DNA from: a virus
Lineage: Duplodnaviria; Heunggongvirae; Uroviricota; Caudoviricetes
Strand: one strand, 5' to 3'
DNA length: 38,014 nt
IMG/VR virus record: IMGVR_UViG_2718218361_000004
The translations under genes and the position numbers were made by a program. The notes below the pieces were generated by a model, which was given only the letters and a program-made list of their open reading frames with translations, ran no database searches and was not told the DNA's origin. Below are positions 28,978 to 38,014 of the stretch, piece after piece; positions within the stretch are counted from its first letter, which is position 1, and each line of letters starts with the position of its first letter.

Positions 28978-29166
28978 TCAGCTGATGACATCCATTGAGC
29001 GGTTGTATTCGTGGGTTCTGATTTTTGCCATGAGTTCATCTGTTAGTTCAGAAACCCACTGCAGGGCCAGCCCCTTCTCTTCATCACTACACTCACTAGC
29101 CGCTACAAGCTTAAGAAAAAAATCAATGCGCTGGAGCTTCAAAGACTCCAAAAAATAGTCCTGCAT
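28978..29166 (-). CDS. small SOS-controlled protein (possible Tum N-terminal antirepressor module)
   Basis: 62-aa ORF with a strong AGGAG Shine-Dalgarno, directly downstream of the LexA box and upstream of the DinI-like ORF in another frame. Confidence 0.55.
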   Translation of the reverse strand: MQDYFLESLKLQRIDFFLKLVAASECSDEEKGLALQWVSELTDELMAKIRTHEYNRSMDVIS

Positions 29167-29206
29167 CTTTCCTCCTATGACACCAAAGCAATACTGTATA
29201 CATAAC

Positions 29207-29249
29207 CACTGTTTATATTTACAGTATATAATAATCTTACTGATGTAAA
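29207..29249 (-). promoter_or_regulatory. SOS promoter with LexA box (186 p95/tum-like)
   Basis: caCTGTttatatttACAGta at 29207-29226 fits CTGT-N8-ACAG with an AT-rich spacer; on the minus strand a TTTACA -35 (29244-29249) and a -10 overlapping the box. Confidence 0.7.
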
Positions 29250-29318
29250 ACGTTTTTTTACGTTCATCAGCCTGATATGCCTGGTATTATTAAGAGCACG
29301 AATTGTTAACCCGCGTAA

Positions 29319-31733
29319 TTAATACAGATCCCGCCACTTATCATCTTCCTGCAAACGCTGGTTCCGATAGAAGATACGCAGGCCTGCTCCTGACGGAATA
29401 CTGCCGCCGCGAAGGAGTAAACCGACCTCTTTCTCGCTGCCATCAAATCCTCTGGACTTCAGCTCATAGACGAGCTGCTGTCGCTGATGGTCTGTAATTC
29501 GCTGTTTGTAGTCTTTACGCCGTTTCGGTTTCACCAGGCGTAACCTTGCAGCCAGTTCCCGGCGCTCTTTTTTGCTCATACTGTGCAGGTAATCGTGCAA
29601 CTCCTTGTCATCCATGCGGGTAATGTCCGTTCTGGTATCCCCATAAGCTGATTTGTCTTTCCCTTGTTGGTTCAAATTTTCAGCAAGGGGACAGTTATTG
29701 CCACGAGTCCAAGGGGCGCAAGCGCCCTGGTCGGCTGCCGCCTCCTGAACGTCAACGGCCTTACGAACCATTTTCCACTTCACTGCATGAGTGCAGATCT
29801 TGCCCTCTGCAATGGGTGACCAGATGCCATAAATACGAATACCGTGATCGCCATAGGCGGTTGGCTCTTCGTTGATTTCATAAGCGGTTCTGATGAGGTG
29901 ATATTTGCGGGGAACCAGTACGCCGCCCTGCTTCATGATGTAGGTGGCAAAACAACCAGCATCAGCAGCAGCCAGAATGGCATCAAGGCGCGGGTTATCC
30001 AGTACCGGCGCACCTGCTTTTTTGTCACCCTGTTGCCTTGCCGCCTGACCAGCCAGCAAGCGAAGTTCACGGTAAGCCTGACGTCCCGGAATACCAAAGA
30101 AGCGGAATTGCTGAACACGATGCAGAGACGCCCAGGCATTAACGTATTCAGCGTTATCACGCAGGGATTTACCCGTTTCCTTGCTGATCTCGCCAGCCAG
30201 ACCACGCCCGTCAATGTTCTTACTGATGTATTTCGCGATGTAGCTTGTCGGCGTTCCTTTGCGCGGGTTTATCAGCTCAGATTTAAAGCGTGGACCAGTG
30301 TTATTACCCAGTTCCTCGCGGTCTTCACGGATGGCAAACTTACGCAACAATGCAGTAATGGCGCGGCGGTCTTTTTTGCGCATGAAACACAACAGGTGCC
30401 AGTGAACTGTACCGTCATGATGCGGCTCAGCCACCCGCACGCCATACCAGCGCAACCCGGCTTTGTGCATCGCCTTACGAAATGCAGCAAACATGCCGAC
30501 CAGATAATCGCTGCTTTGTCTTACCGTCGCATTTGTCCAGGTTGGGTTTGGTCTGCCGTTATTGAGCGTGGAATGGAAACGTGACGGACAGGTAATGGTG
30601 TAGAAAACGGCGCAGTCACCGCGCATTTCCGCGATAAGCTCCAGACCTTTAACACAGGCCATCATCTCATTGCGGCGGTGCGCCGGGTTGCTGCTGCTGG
30701 CGTTTACCACGTCTTCCATATCCAGCGTGTCGCCCTCTTCGTTCACCAGTTCATGAGAACGGAAAAACTCCAGTGACTTGCGGCGCTGCTCACGTTTATG
30801 CATCACGGCTTCATAGCTGACATAGGGAGATGCTTTTTTGCTGACCAGGCAGATAGCACGCAACTGCTCTTCCCGCCATTCGCAACGCATTTTCCATAAT
30901 TTCCGGTACCACCAGTCGGCGCACAACATACGCGCCAGCGAACCCGGAATGAGTTCATAGGGCACGGGTTTACGGCGGTTTCTTTTCCGGCGGAGTTGCT
31001 CAAACGCAGGCGGGATGACATCCAGACGCAGGGTTTCCGCTGCCACCTTTTCCCATGTCTTGCGGATTTCTTCTGGCTTAACGTCATCGGTGGCATACAA
31101 ATCACCACAAGCTGCATCAAGGCACATGCTCATATGCGCAGCGACAAGGGTAGACAGGCGTTTCACCTGATCCTGACTCATTTCAGGCAGAATCAGCAGG
31201 CCGTCCAGCCCTACATGGCTTGCCATAAAACGAAAAGATGCAGATAGCTGGCTGTCGCGTACATGCTCCAGTCGTTCCAGACATGGCTTAATCGTCTCAC
31301 GTAAATAGCGGGAATAAGCCTTTGGCCTGCCCAGGCTGCTGAAGTATTCAATACGTTGCATCAGCGGCTTGCTGATATGGGAGGGCTGGGCGCTGACGTC
31401 TGCCAGAATGACCATGTCCGGGTTAAAACGCTGCTGCTCATGCGCCAACTTTGCCCGGCTAATGAGCTTATCCTGCTCTATTTCGCGTTGGACAGGATCA
31501 CGGGATTCATTAAAGAAATAACGCTCCCAGACCTGATCACTCAGTGCCTCGCGGCGCAGTTGTTCCTGCTCGTTATCGGCAGCGTACAGAGTGATCAGGT
31601 TTGAAAGCGCAGAAACCGGCGCAACTTCCGCCGGGTCCAGATAAGGGTTAATGGCCTTTTTCGGGCTGTTCCATGAGAACGATGCGGCAGCCTCGTTAAA
31701 GCCGCAGCAGTTGCTCATATCGGCATGGCTCAT
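29319..31733 (-). CDS. replication initiation protein gpA (rolling-circle nickase family)
   Basis: 804-aa ORF at the P2 A position downstream of the early operon. Confidence 0.85.
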   Translation of the reverse strand: MSHADMSNCCGFNEAAASFSWNSPKKAINPYLDPAEVAPVSALSNLITLYAADNEQEQLRREALSDQVWERYFFNESRDPVQREIEQDKLISRAKLAHEQQRFNPDMVILADVSAQPSHISKPLMQRIEYFSSLGRPKAYSRYLRETIKPCLERLEHVRDSQLSASFRFMASHVGLDGLLILPEMSQDQVKRLSTLVAAHMSMCLDAACGDLYATDDVKPEEIRKTWEKVAAETLRLDVIPPAFEQLRRKRNRRKPVPYELIPGSLARMLCADWWYRKLWKMRCEWREEQLRAICLVSKKASPYVSYEAVMHKREQRRKSLEFFRSHELVNEEGDTLDMEDVVNASSSNPAHRRNEMMACVKGLELIAEMRGDCAVFYTITCPSRFHSTLNNGRPNPTWTNATVRQSSDYLVGMFAAFRKAMHKAGLRWYGVRVAEPHHDGTVHWHLLCFMRKKDRRAITALLRKFAIREDREELGNNTGPRFKSELINPRKGTPTSYIAKYISKNIDGRGLAGEISKETGKSLRDNAEYVNAWASLHRVQQFRFFGIPGRQAYRELRLLAGQAARQQGDKKAGAPVLDNPRLDAILAAADAGCFATYIMKQGGVLVPRKYHLIRTAYEINEEPTAYGDHGIRIYGIWSPIAEGKICTHAVKWKMVRKAVDVQEAAADQGACAPWTRGNNCPLAENLNQQGKDKSAYGDTRTDITRMDDKELHDYLHSMSKKERRELAARLRLVKPKRRKDYKQRITDHQRQQLVYELKSRGFDGSEKEVGLLLRGGSIPSGAGLRIFYRNQRLQEDDKWRDLY

Positions 31734-32587
31734 GCACGTACTCCGTACACGGCAGAACTATCCACGCCACGCGAATAATCAAATCCCACCCAGCAGCGCG
31801 GCCCGGAAACAGCAATGATTTCTGTTGCTGATTTACTCTCACCAGCTGCTGCGCCGATGCTGCGTTTTACCTTGATATAGTGGTGAGTAAAATTGCGATA
31901 CAGCGAACGGATCAGGGATGTGTCACTGTTAGAAACAATGGCCGGATGTCCTTCTGATGACCGATGTTCAAGAACGGATGCCAGGTGATACTGGTCATCT
32001 TCAGTAAAGCCGTCAGCGTGATAGCCGGAAAACGTACCGTCATAAGGCGGATCGCAATACACCACATCCCCCGCCTTCAACATCGCCAGCGTTTCATCAA
32101 AGCTGGCGCAGATAAACGTTGCTCGCTGGGCTTTTTCTGCAAAAGCGCGAATTTCTTTTTCAGGGAAATACGGATTTTTATAATTACCGTAGGGAATGTT
32201 GAAATGCCCGCTCTTGTTATAGCGACATAACCCACGGTAACCGTGACGATTGAGATACAGGAAATATACCGCTTTCATGAAATCAGTAATTTCAGTTGAG
32301 TAATTAAACTCCTGCCTTATGTTGTAATAAGCCACCTCCCTGTTTGCGATCTCAAATAAAACTTTGGCGCGAGATATAAACGATTCACAATCAGCGGCAA
32401 CCTTTTTATAGAGGTTGATTAAATCAGGATTAATATCCGCAACCAGATAGCAGGGATAATCCGTCTCCATCATCACAGCACAGGAACCCGCGAAAGGTTC
32501 AACTAGTCGCGGACCAGCAGGAAGATGTTTTTTCAGTTCGGACATTACGGCGGTTTTATTTCCCGCCCATTTCAGGATGGTGCTCAT
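31730..32587 (-). CDS. dam: DNA adenine methyltransferase (Dam-like, GATC type)
   Basis: From [11 protein letters not shown]; motifs EPFAGS and DPPY, and overall resemblance to E. coli Dam (…[16 protein letters not shown]…). Confidence 0.85.
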   Translation of the reverse strand: MSTILKWAGNKTAVMSELKKHLPAGPRLVEPFAGSCAVMMETDYPCYLVADINPDLINLYKKVAADCESFISRAKVLFEIANREVAYYNIRQEFNYSTEITDFMKAVYFLYLNRHGYRGLCRYNKSGHFNIPYGNYKNPYFPEKEIRAFAEKAQRATFICASFDETLAMLKAGDVVYCDPPYDGTFSGYHADGFTEDDQYHLASVLEHRSSEGHPAIVSNSDTSLIRSLYRNFTHHYIKVKRSIGAAAGESKSATEIIAVSGPRCWVGFDYSRGVDSSAVYGVRA

Positions 32588-32811
32588 ACAGCACCCCCGT
32601 TGTAATGTTTGCCTTTCAGCTCTGCGATTTCCTGACAGGTAATGCAAAGCTGCACACCCGGAATGGCACGGCGGCGTGCTGGCGGAATTGGCGCTTCACA
32701 CTCAACGCAAAGCACGCGGGACACGCCCGGCGTTTTGGCACGGGCAGCACGGATATGGCGCTGGCGTTCTTCTTCAACGCGCTGCTGTACGAGATCCATT
32801 GCATCAGCCAT
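32584..32811 (-). CDS. TraR/DksA-family C4 zinc-finger protein
   Basis: 75 aa with CVECEAPIPPARRRAIPGVQLCITC; stop overlaps the dam start. Confidence 0.75.
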   Translation of the reverse strand: MADAMDLVQQRVEEERQRHIRAARAKTPGVSRVLCVECEAPIPPARRRAIPGVQLCITCQEIAELKGKHYNGGAV

Positions 32812-33050
32812 TAGTGGATCTCCTGCGCTTCGTTCTGGATTGCTTCAGCAGTCACACGCAGCAGTTCTGCCGCTTCCACGTGGTTTAGCTGACGGGATGA
32901 GATATGACACGCCAGGCTATCAAGGCGAGCTGCCATTGCTTCAGCCCTTGCCCGGCGTTCTTCCAGACGAGCCTCTGTCAGTAAAATATTAAGCCCTGCG
33001 TCATCCGGTCCGGTTTTAGTCGTGAGGGTTTCAATATTACGCATAATCAA
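32811..33050 (-). CDS. hypothetical early protein
   Basis: 79-aa ORF translationally coupled to the TraR-like gene; no recognised motif. Confidence 0.5.
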   Translation of the reverse strand: MIMRNIETLTTKTGPDDAGLNILLTEARLEERRARAEAMAARLDSLACHISSRQLNHVEAAELLRVTAEAIQNEAQEIH

Positions 33051-33111
33051 TTCTCCTGAATTTAGATAAAGGGATGCCCGGCGGGTTTACGCCATTAATT
33101 TCATTAGTTGG

Positions 33112-33453
33112 TTAATTCGGCATGGTTAGCCGTCTGGGAAATAAGCTCACCACTGCACGAAAATGATTCATTGCTTTAATCAGCTCCCGCTTTTCGTCAG
33201 TGGTCAGCTCATTAATGCTGATGCTATGACGTTCAGCTGGAATTTTTGCCATAAAGAATATGGCAGCCAGTGCCCGTTTATTTTGTTCATTATTGATATC
33301 CCGTGGATCACGCATATCTTTAATAAACCGCTCAAGCTCTGACTCAATATTCAGGCCAAAAACTTTCGCCCTTAACTCCGCAATGTGATTAAGTCCATTC
33401 AGGCGTTCACCGGGGCTTAATGGAACAGTTGCTGCAGCGCCATTAATTGCCAT
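33112..33453 (-). CDS. hypothetical early protein
   Basis: 113-aa ORF in the early operon; function unknown. Confidence 0.5.
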   Translation of the reverse strand: MAINGAAATVPLSPGERLNGLNHIAELRAKVFGLNIESELERFIKDMRDPRDINNEQNKRALAAIFFMAKIPAERHSISINELTTDEKRELIKAMNHFRAVVSLFPRRLTMPN

Positions 33454-33475
33454 ACTTCATATCCCCCAAACGCAG

Positions 33476-33700
33476 CTATCGTTCTTTGTTCTTACGGTAA
33501 CGCTCAAGAGGAGATACATTTTTTCGTATCGTCTCTTTAACCTGCTCTCCCCGTAAAAACGTCCCATCCTTTAACGCGAAAAAGTAACTGCCATCGCCCG
33601 ACAATGACGGATAGCAACAGAGCAAATCATCTTCAGGTACTGAATAACTCTCCCCTCTGTAACGAAACTGATAAACCATTTCACTTTCCGCTGCATACAT
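33476..33700 (-). CDS. hypothetical small early protein (position of 186 fil/dhr-type genes)
   Basis: 74-aa ORF; an overlapping ORF in another frame (33571-33867) makes the true gene structure ambiguous. Confidence 0.35.
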   Translation of the reverse strand: MYAAESEMVYQFRYRGESYSVPEDDLLCCYPSLSGDGSYFFALKDGTFLRGEQVKETIRKNVSPLERYRKNKER

Positions 33701-33874
33701 TTTGACTTTCTCCGTTTCCTCGTGGTCAATTCAGACAGCAATTCATCTTGTGAATGACATGGATGCCAGCGTTTACCATCCTCACCCATGATCCAGCCGT
33801 GACCGTAGTGCATTGCCGGGCTTTGTTTTACCAGCAGCGATGCAAATGATGGTTCTTTCGTCAGCATAAGCACC

Positions 33875-34384
33875 TCACAGCAAACCGAATGAAGCACCGA
33901 GGCCAGTCACGGTATCAACTGCACTCGCCATCGCAGGATTAGCCTGTAAACGGGCCTGCAATGAAACAGCCGCCAGCGCCATCAGTCGTGTTACAGAATT
34001 AATGCTGCTGATCGCATCGCGACGGCCTGCACTGGTTTTTACATCGCCAGAAACCGCACCTGCAGCAACACGCCCGATCTCTGCGGTTGCACTCATGACG
34101 TAATGTGGCAGTCTCTCTTTTGCCACCTCATTTACCGGTATACATGGCAGGCAGTGAATCTGAGCCAGAAATCCATCAACCAGTGTTGGGTCTTCAGTGA
34201 GATCGGTTAACTGCCAGATATCTGACGCAGTAAGTTGGTGTGGTTGTTCCGGGTTGAGCTTGTTACGCAAGGTTTGAACGTTCATACCTGCGCGCTCTGC
34301 CAGCTTCGCCATGTTGTGTCGTAGGGCGAAGGCCCGGCAGGCTTCATTGAAATGGGGATGTTTTGAAATGCGATAGTCAAACAT
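33875..34384 (-). CDS. CII-like regulatory protein (186 CII family)
   Basis: 169 aa (186 CII is 169 aa as I recall) with HTH AKLAERAGMNVQTLRNKL, downstream of the apl/cox-like gene. Confidence 0.75.
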   Translation of the reverse strand: MFDYRISKHPHFNEACRAFALRHNMAKLAERAGMNVQTLRNKLNPEQPHQLTASDIWQLTDLTEDPTLVDGFLAQIHCLPCIPVNEVAKERLPHYVMSATAEIGRVAAGAVSGDVKTSAGRRDAISSINSVTRLMALAAVSLQARLQANPAMASAVDTVTGLGASFGLL

Positions 34385-34416
34385 AGTCAGTTGCTCCGTG
34401 AAGTCTCAAAATGGAA

Positions 34417-34638
34417 CTAGTTGATAGTCACGTTGCAATCAGAGAGGGCATCGATCGTCATCGCAGCAATGTTAATCATCACTTTTTCACGCTTTTTATC
34501 CTTACGTAGGCGATGACGAGGCAAACGCCCATCTGCAAGCATGTCGTTAATTGTGTCGATAGATAAGCCAGTGAGTTCACTATATCTTTCTATAGTAACG
34601 TGGGGGGTGATGAGAGTGATTGAAATGTTAGGTCTCAT
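34417..34638 (-). CDS. Apl/Cox-like excisionase and early-promoter regulator
   Basis: Small basic HTH protein, first gene of the lytic transcript, divergent from cI; ATG at 34638. Confidence 0.65.
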   Translation of the reverse strand: MRPNISITLITPHVTIERYSELTGLSIDTINDMLADGRLPRHRLRKDKKREKVMINIAAMTIDALSDCNVTIN

Positions 34639-34763
34639 GATGCAACATTCCTCTTTTAGCAATGATTAATCAGGATGAATACTGATCGTTTGTATTATGT
34701 GAACACTGCAAACATACGATCACATCATGAAATCGTCAAGGTAAAAGTTCACTTGGAGTGACC
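34639..34763. promoter_or_regulatory. immunity switch region (lytic/lysogenic promoters and operators)
   Basis: 125-bp AT-rich region between divergent apl/cox and cI; individual promoter elements not resolved. Confidence 0.5.
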
Positions 34764-35327
34764 ATGAATTTGGAAAAAGGCGGTCGTGGGGCCATAGAGC
34801 GCATGGTTGAAGCCTATGGTTTCAAGACAAGACAAGCTTTGTGTGATCATTTGGGCATTTCTAAAAGCACCTTAGCCACGCGCTATATGCGTGATTCATT
34901 CCCGGCAGAATGGGTAATCCAATGTGCACTTGAAACCGGCACGTCGCTAGAGTGGCTAACTACTGGGCAAGGTTCAAAAGAAAGTTCACAAAAAGAAAAC
35001 ACAAAAGAGATCGAAAGGAAGATTTTATCAAGCGGAAAACTACTTCCTGATGGTTACTACATTTTCGACAACAACTTTTTGCCTGAAAAACTAAAAAAAC
35101 CTTTTGTTGTGATCGATGGCGCATCAGAGTTTATCTGTGATTCGGATTATGAGGATGTACGTGATGGTAAGTGGATCGTTGATATTGATGGCGAGGTTGC
35201 TATCAGGAATCTGACAAGACTGCCGGGACGTCGCCTAAATGTCGATGGCGGCAGCAGTTCCTTTGAATGCAAAATAGATGAAATTGATATCATAGGAAAA
35301 ATTAGAAGCGCGATCGTCAATTATTAA
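34764..35327 (+). CDS. immunity repressor CI (186 CI-like)
   Basis: 187 aa from the ATG at 34764 (GGAG 5 nt upstream); N-terminal [25 protein letters not shown]. Confidence 0.8.
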   Translation: MNLEKGGRGAIERMVEAYGFKTRQALCDHLGISKSTLATRYMRDSFPAEWVIQCALETGTSLEWLTTGQGSKESSQKENTKEIERKILSSGKLLPDGYYIFDNNFLPEKLKKPFVVIDGASEFICDSDYEDVRDGKWIVDIDGEVAIRNLTRLPGRRLNVDGGSSSFECKIDEIDIIGKIRSAIVNY

Positions 35328-35350
35328 AATTAATGTATAAGGAAATAAAT

Positions 35351-35536
35351 ATGTTTTATAAATCTATTCATATCCTACTTATTTGTTTATTTATTACTTT
35401 ACCTATTACAAGTTTTGCAAAAAATTATCCATGTTCTGGTAAGAAAGGGGGAGTTTCACATTGTACATCTGATGGGAAGTTCGTTTGCAATGATGGAACG
35501 CCAAGCAAGTCAAAGAAAATATGTTCTAAAAACTAA
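35351..35536 (+). CDS. small secreted cysteine-rich protein
   Basis: 61 aa from the ATG at 35351 (AAGGAA Shine-Dalgarno); signal-peptide-like [23 protein letters not shown], then a ~38-aa Lys-rich part with 4 Cys; starts 23 nt after the cI stop. Confidence 0.55.
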   Translation: MFYKSIHILLICLFITLPITSFAKNYPCSGKKGGVSHCTSDGKFVCNDGTPSKSKKICSKN

Positions 35537-35547
35537 GGTTGCTTCAT

Positions 35548-36879
35548 ATGAATAATGATATGACTTTTGAAAACAGAGATGAGTATAATAGAAAAATCAT
35601 TGCTGAAAAAATAATAAGCTTACTCGAGTCCCCCTTAAAAATATCCCCTATTGTTATCGATGGGGACTGGGGTACCGGTAAAACCGAATTTTCAAAAAAA
35701 TTAGCGGCATTGATTGAAAAAAATGAATCTGGGCATAAAGTAGTATATATTGATGCATTTACTGAAGATCATAATGATGCTCCCATACTTACTATAATGG
35801 CTGCAATAGTTGCATTATATCCAGAGAGTGAAAAGAAGGAATTAATATCAAAGGCATTACCAGCATTGAGATTTGGACTTAAAACTGTACTCAAAGCTGG
35901 CGCTGGGTGGATTTTAAAACAAAATGCAGATGATATTGCGGATGAATTCGAAGATGCTATTAAAGATGCGGCTAACTCAGCTATAGATGGTACTGTAGAA
36001 GCACTGCTTGATGATCATATTGAAGCAAAGAAACATTTGCTTGCTCTCAAGGAAGTACTTGCTGAACTAACTAGCGAAAATAAAATAACAATTATCATTG
36101 ACGAACTTGACCGTTGTAAACCAAGCTTTGCCATCTCTATCATCGAAAATATAAAACATGTTTTTGACACTGAAAATCTTAACTTCTTGTTAGTTGCTAA
36201 CATCTCACAATTGAAAGCATCAATAAATCATATTTACGGTGCAGGTGTTGACTCAGAAAGATATCTTGATAAATTTATAAAATTCACTTACAGCCTGCCA
36301 GTGACTTTCACTGAAAACAATTACGATAAAATTTTGGCTTCGAACTCTCATTTTAGAATGCTATGTAACGAGTCTGAAAGACTAAAAGAAATTGGAGAAA
36401 GTAGTATTCATATAGTTCAAAAATTTATCGAACTAAAAGGCTTGTCGCTACGGGAAGTTGAAACCTTATCAAGATATCTAGAAATTTATCAAATTTTATC
36501 TCAAAATAAAATCAGCAATAAATTTATACCAGGCTATTGCTGTTATCGAACCCTTGCAGTAATTCTTTATTCGTTTGGTCGTGAACTGGCCCTTAACTAC
36601 GTAGAAGATAAAATAGATGCACAATTAATAATCAATTTCTTCGGTGTTAATAGACTCCCATATCAGACAGATCAATATAACAACAACATCTACTATTATG
36701 CATTATTTGGTATAACTTATAAATATATGCCAGAAGGTTCTCCTTTACTTCCTTCTGAAAACGATGAAAAAAACAGATGGGCTGAAATAAGTGATTATCA
36801 TATTTTAAAAGGAAATGCAGGTGTAGAAGACCCTGTTAGAATATTCAAAAACACCTTAAAAGTTTTCTTGCTCCAATGA
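35548..36879 (+). CDS. KAP-family P-loop NTPase
   Basis: Walker A GDWGTGKT and KAP-type Walker B IIIDELDRC; no obvious transmembrane insert; 11 nt after the small ORF; AT-rich. Confidence 0.8.
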   Translation: MNNDMTFENRDEYNRKIIAEKIISLLESPLKISPIVIDGDWGTGKTEFSKKLAALIEKNESGHKVVYIDAFTEDHNDAPILTIMAAIVALYPESEKKELISKALPALRFGLKTVLKAGAGWILKQNADDIADEFEDAIKDAANSAIDGTVEALLDDHIEAKKHLLALKEVLAELTSENKITIIIDELDRCKPSFAISIIENIKHVFDTENLNFLLVANISQLKASINHIYGAGVDSERYLDKFIKFTYSLPVTFTENNYDKILASNSHFRMLCNESERLKEIGESSIHIVQKFIELKGLSLREVETLSRYLEIYQILSQNKISNKFIPGYCCYRTLAVILYSFGRELALNYVEDKIDAQLIINFFGVNRLPYQTDQYNNNIYYYALFGITYKYMPEGSPLLPSENDEKNRWAEISDYHILKGNAGVEDPVRIFKNTLKVFLLQ

Positions 36880-36936
36880 AATGTTTAATTGAAGATCTTT
36901 AAACATTGACCACTGTTCAAACATACAGTTAAATTT

Positions 36937-36961
36937 AGTCCTCAGACATGAGGACTTTTTT
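36937..36961 (+). terminator. rho-independent terminator after the KAP gene that overlaps the int ribosome-binding site
   Basis: AGTCCTCA-gaca-TGAGGACT followed by TTTTTT and then the int ATG at 36962; the only Shine-Dalgarno-like sequence for int (GAGGA) is in the 3' stem. Confidence 0.65.
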
Positions 36962-38014
36962 ATGGCAGTACGAAAACTCAACACAGGTAAATGGATTTGT
37001 GAATGCTACCCCGCCGGGCGCAATGGGCGGCGTGTGCGTAAGCAGTTTGCAACTAAGGGTGAAGCATTGGCTTTTGAGCGTCACACGATGGAAGAAACCG
37101 AAGCAAAACCCTGGCTGGGTGAATCAGTGGATCGTCGAACACTGAAAGACGTGGTTGAGCTATGGTTCAAACTACATGGTAAATCTCTGACGGCTGGGCA
37201 GCATGTCTATGACAAATTGCTGTTGATGGTTGACGCTCTGGGAAATCCCATTGCAACCGATCTCACCTCTAAAATGTTTGCCCACTATCGAGATAAACGC
37301 CTGACAGGAGAGATCTACTTCAGCGAAAAATGGAAGAAAGGAGCAAGCCCGGTCACCGTTAACCTGGAGCAAAGCTATCTAAGTAGTGTTTTTAGCGAAC
37401 TATCCCGCCTGGGCGAATGGTCGTATCCGAACCCACTGGAGAACATGCGAAAATTCACCATCGCAGAAAAAGAGATGGCATGGCTTACCCATGAACAGAT
37501 TGTTGAATTGCTGGCTGATTGCAAACGTCAGGACCCAATTCTGGCACTGGTAGTCAAGATATGCTTAAGCACAGGCGCACGCTGGCGAGAAGCAATAAAT
37601 CTTACCCGTTCACAGGTGACTAAATACCGAATTACCTTTGTCAGAACGAAGGGGAAGAAAAACAGAAGCATTCCCATCAGTAAAGAGCTTTACGAAGAGA
37701 TTATGGCACTTGATGGGTTCAATTTCTTTACAGACTGCTATTTTCAATTTTTATCCGTGATGGAAAAAACGTCTATCGTGCTCCCTCGCGGTCAACTGAC
37801 ACACGTTCTGCGTCATACGTTTGCGGCGCATTTTATGATGTCGGGTGGAAACATCCTGGCCTTACAAAAAATTCTCGGGCATCACGATATAAAAATGACG
37901 ATGCGTTACGCACATCTGGCACCGGATCATCTGGAAACGGCGCTCCGTTTCAACCCTCTGGCAACGCTGCCAAGTGGCGACAAAGTGGCGGCAGCGGTTG
38001 GCATTACCCCGTAA
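36962..38014 (+). CDS. int: tyrosine integrase (P2 Int family)
   Basis: N-terminus MAVRKLNTGKW… resembles P2 Int (MAIKKLDDGRY…); C-terminal HxxR…Y catalytic region (VLRHTFA…RYAHL); stop codon is the last 3 nt of the window. Confidence 0.9.
   Translation: MAVRKLNTGKWICECYPAGRNGRRVRKQFATKGEALAFERHTMEETEAKPWLGESVDRRTLKDVVELWFKLHGKSLTAGQHVYDKLLLMVDALGNPIATDLTSKMFAHYRDKRLTGEIYFSEKWKKGASPVTVNLEQSYLSSVFSELSRLGEWSYPNPLENMRKFTIAEKEMAWLTHEQIVELLADCKRQDPILALVVKICLSTGARWREAINLTRSQVTKYRITFVRTKGKKNRSIPISKELYEEIMALDGFNFFTDCYFQFLSVMEKTSIVLPRGQLTHVLRHTFAAHFMMSGGNILALQKILGHHDIKMTMRYAHLAPDHLETALRFNPLATLPSGDKVAAAVGITP

Larger units (their letters stand above)
2776..38014. mobile_element. P2/186-family prophage, left junction to integrase stop; right att beyond window
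   Basis: Contiguous set of P2-like genes in canonical order (ogr, D U T E FII FI, G/H I J W V, S R, lysis, X L M N O, P Q, A, cII/apl/cI, int) directly after ybjL. The exact left boundary inside 2776-2855 is not determinable without the other att copy. Confidence 0.85.

Noticed and set aside
29844-30584. 246-aa plus-strand ORF inside replication gene A
   Set aside because: Antisense to the 804-aa A gene; no start context.
1-38014. CRISPR arrays, tRNA/rRNA genes, IS elements
   Set aside because: No regularly spaced direct repeats, no tRNA-like cloverleaf candidates at either prophage boundary within the window, and no transposase-like ORFs were seen on reading through.

Overview
The window opens with E. 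coli core genes (grxA, ybjM, ybjL, reverse-complemented relative to K-12 numbering) and from about 2.8 kb to the last base is a P2/186-family temperate myovirus prophage. All calls come from reading the sequence and the ORF track against remembered P2/186 proteins; no database search or computation was run, and composition statements are by-eye estimates. The prophage runs ogr, the tail operon D-U-T-E/E'-FII-FI, a Hin/Gin-like invertase with an invertible tail-fibre segment, G/H-I-J-W-V, S-R, the lysis cassette, X-L-M-N-O, P-Q, a cos-like site, an SOS (LexA box) tum/DinI-like module, replication gene A, dam, a 186-like cII/apl/cI switch and int, whose stop codon is the final base, so the right att site is not visible. 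Three visibly AT-rich cargo islands interrupt this backbone. The strongest candidate for an undescribed system is a tightly coupled three-gene operon (25571..28411) of unrecognisable proteins between portal Q and cos, the P2-family locus that normally holds old/tin-type defence genes. The other two are a KAP-family P-loop NTPase with a small secreted Cys-rich peptide riding the cI transcript (35351..36879), and an HExxH metallopeptidase-like gene between V and S whose ribosome-binding site sits in a perfect 12-bp hairpin (15955..17037). A programmed -1 frameshift in E/E+E' is also directly visible.
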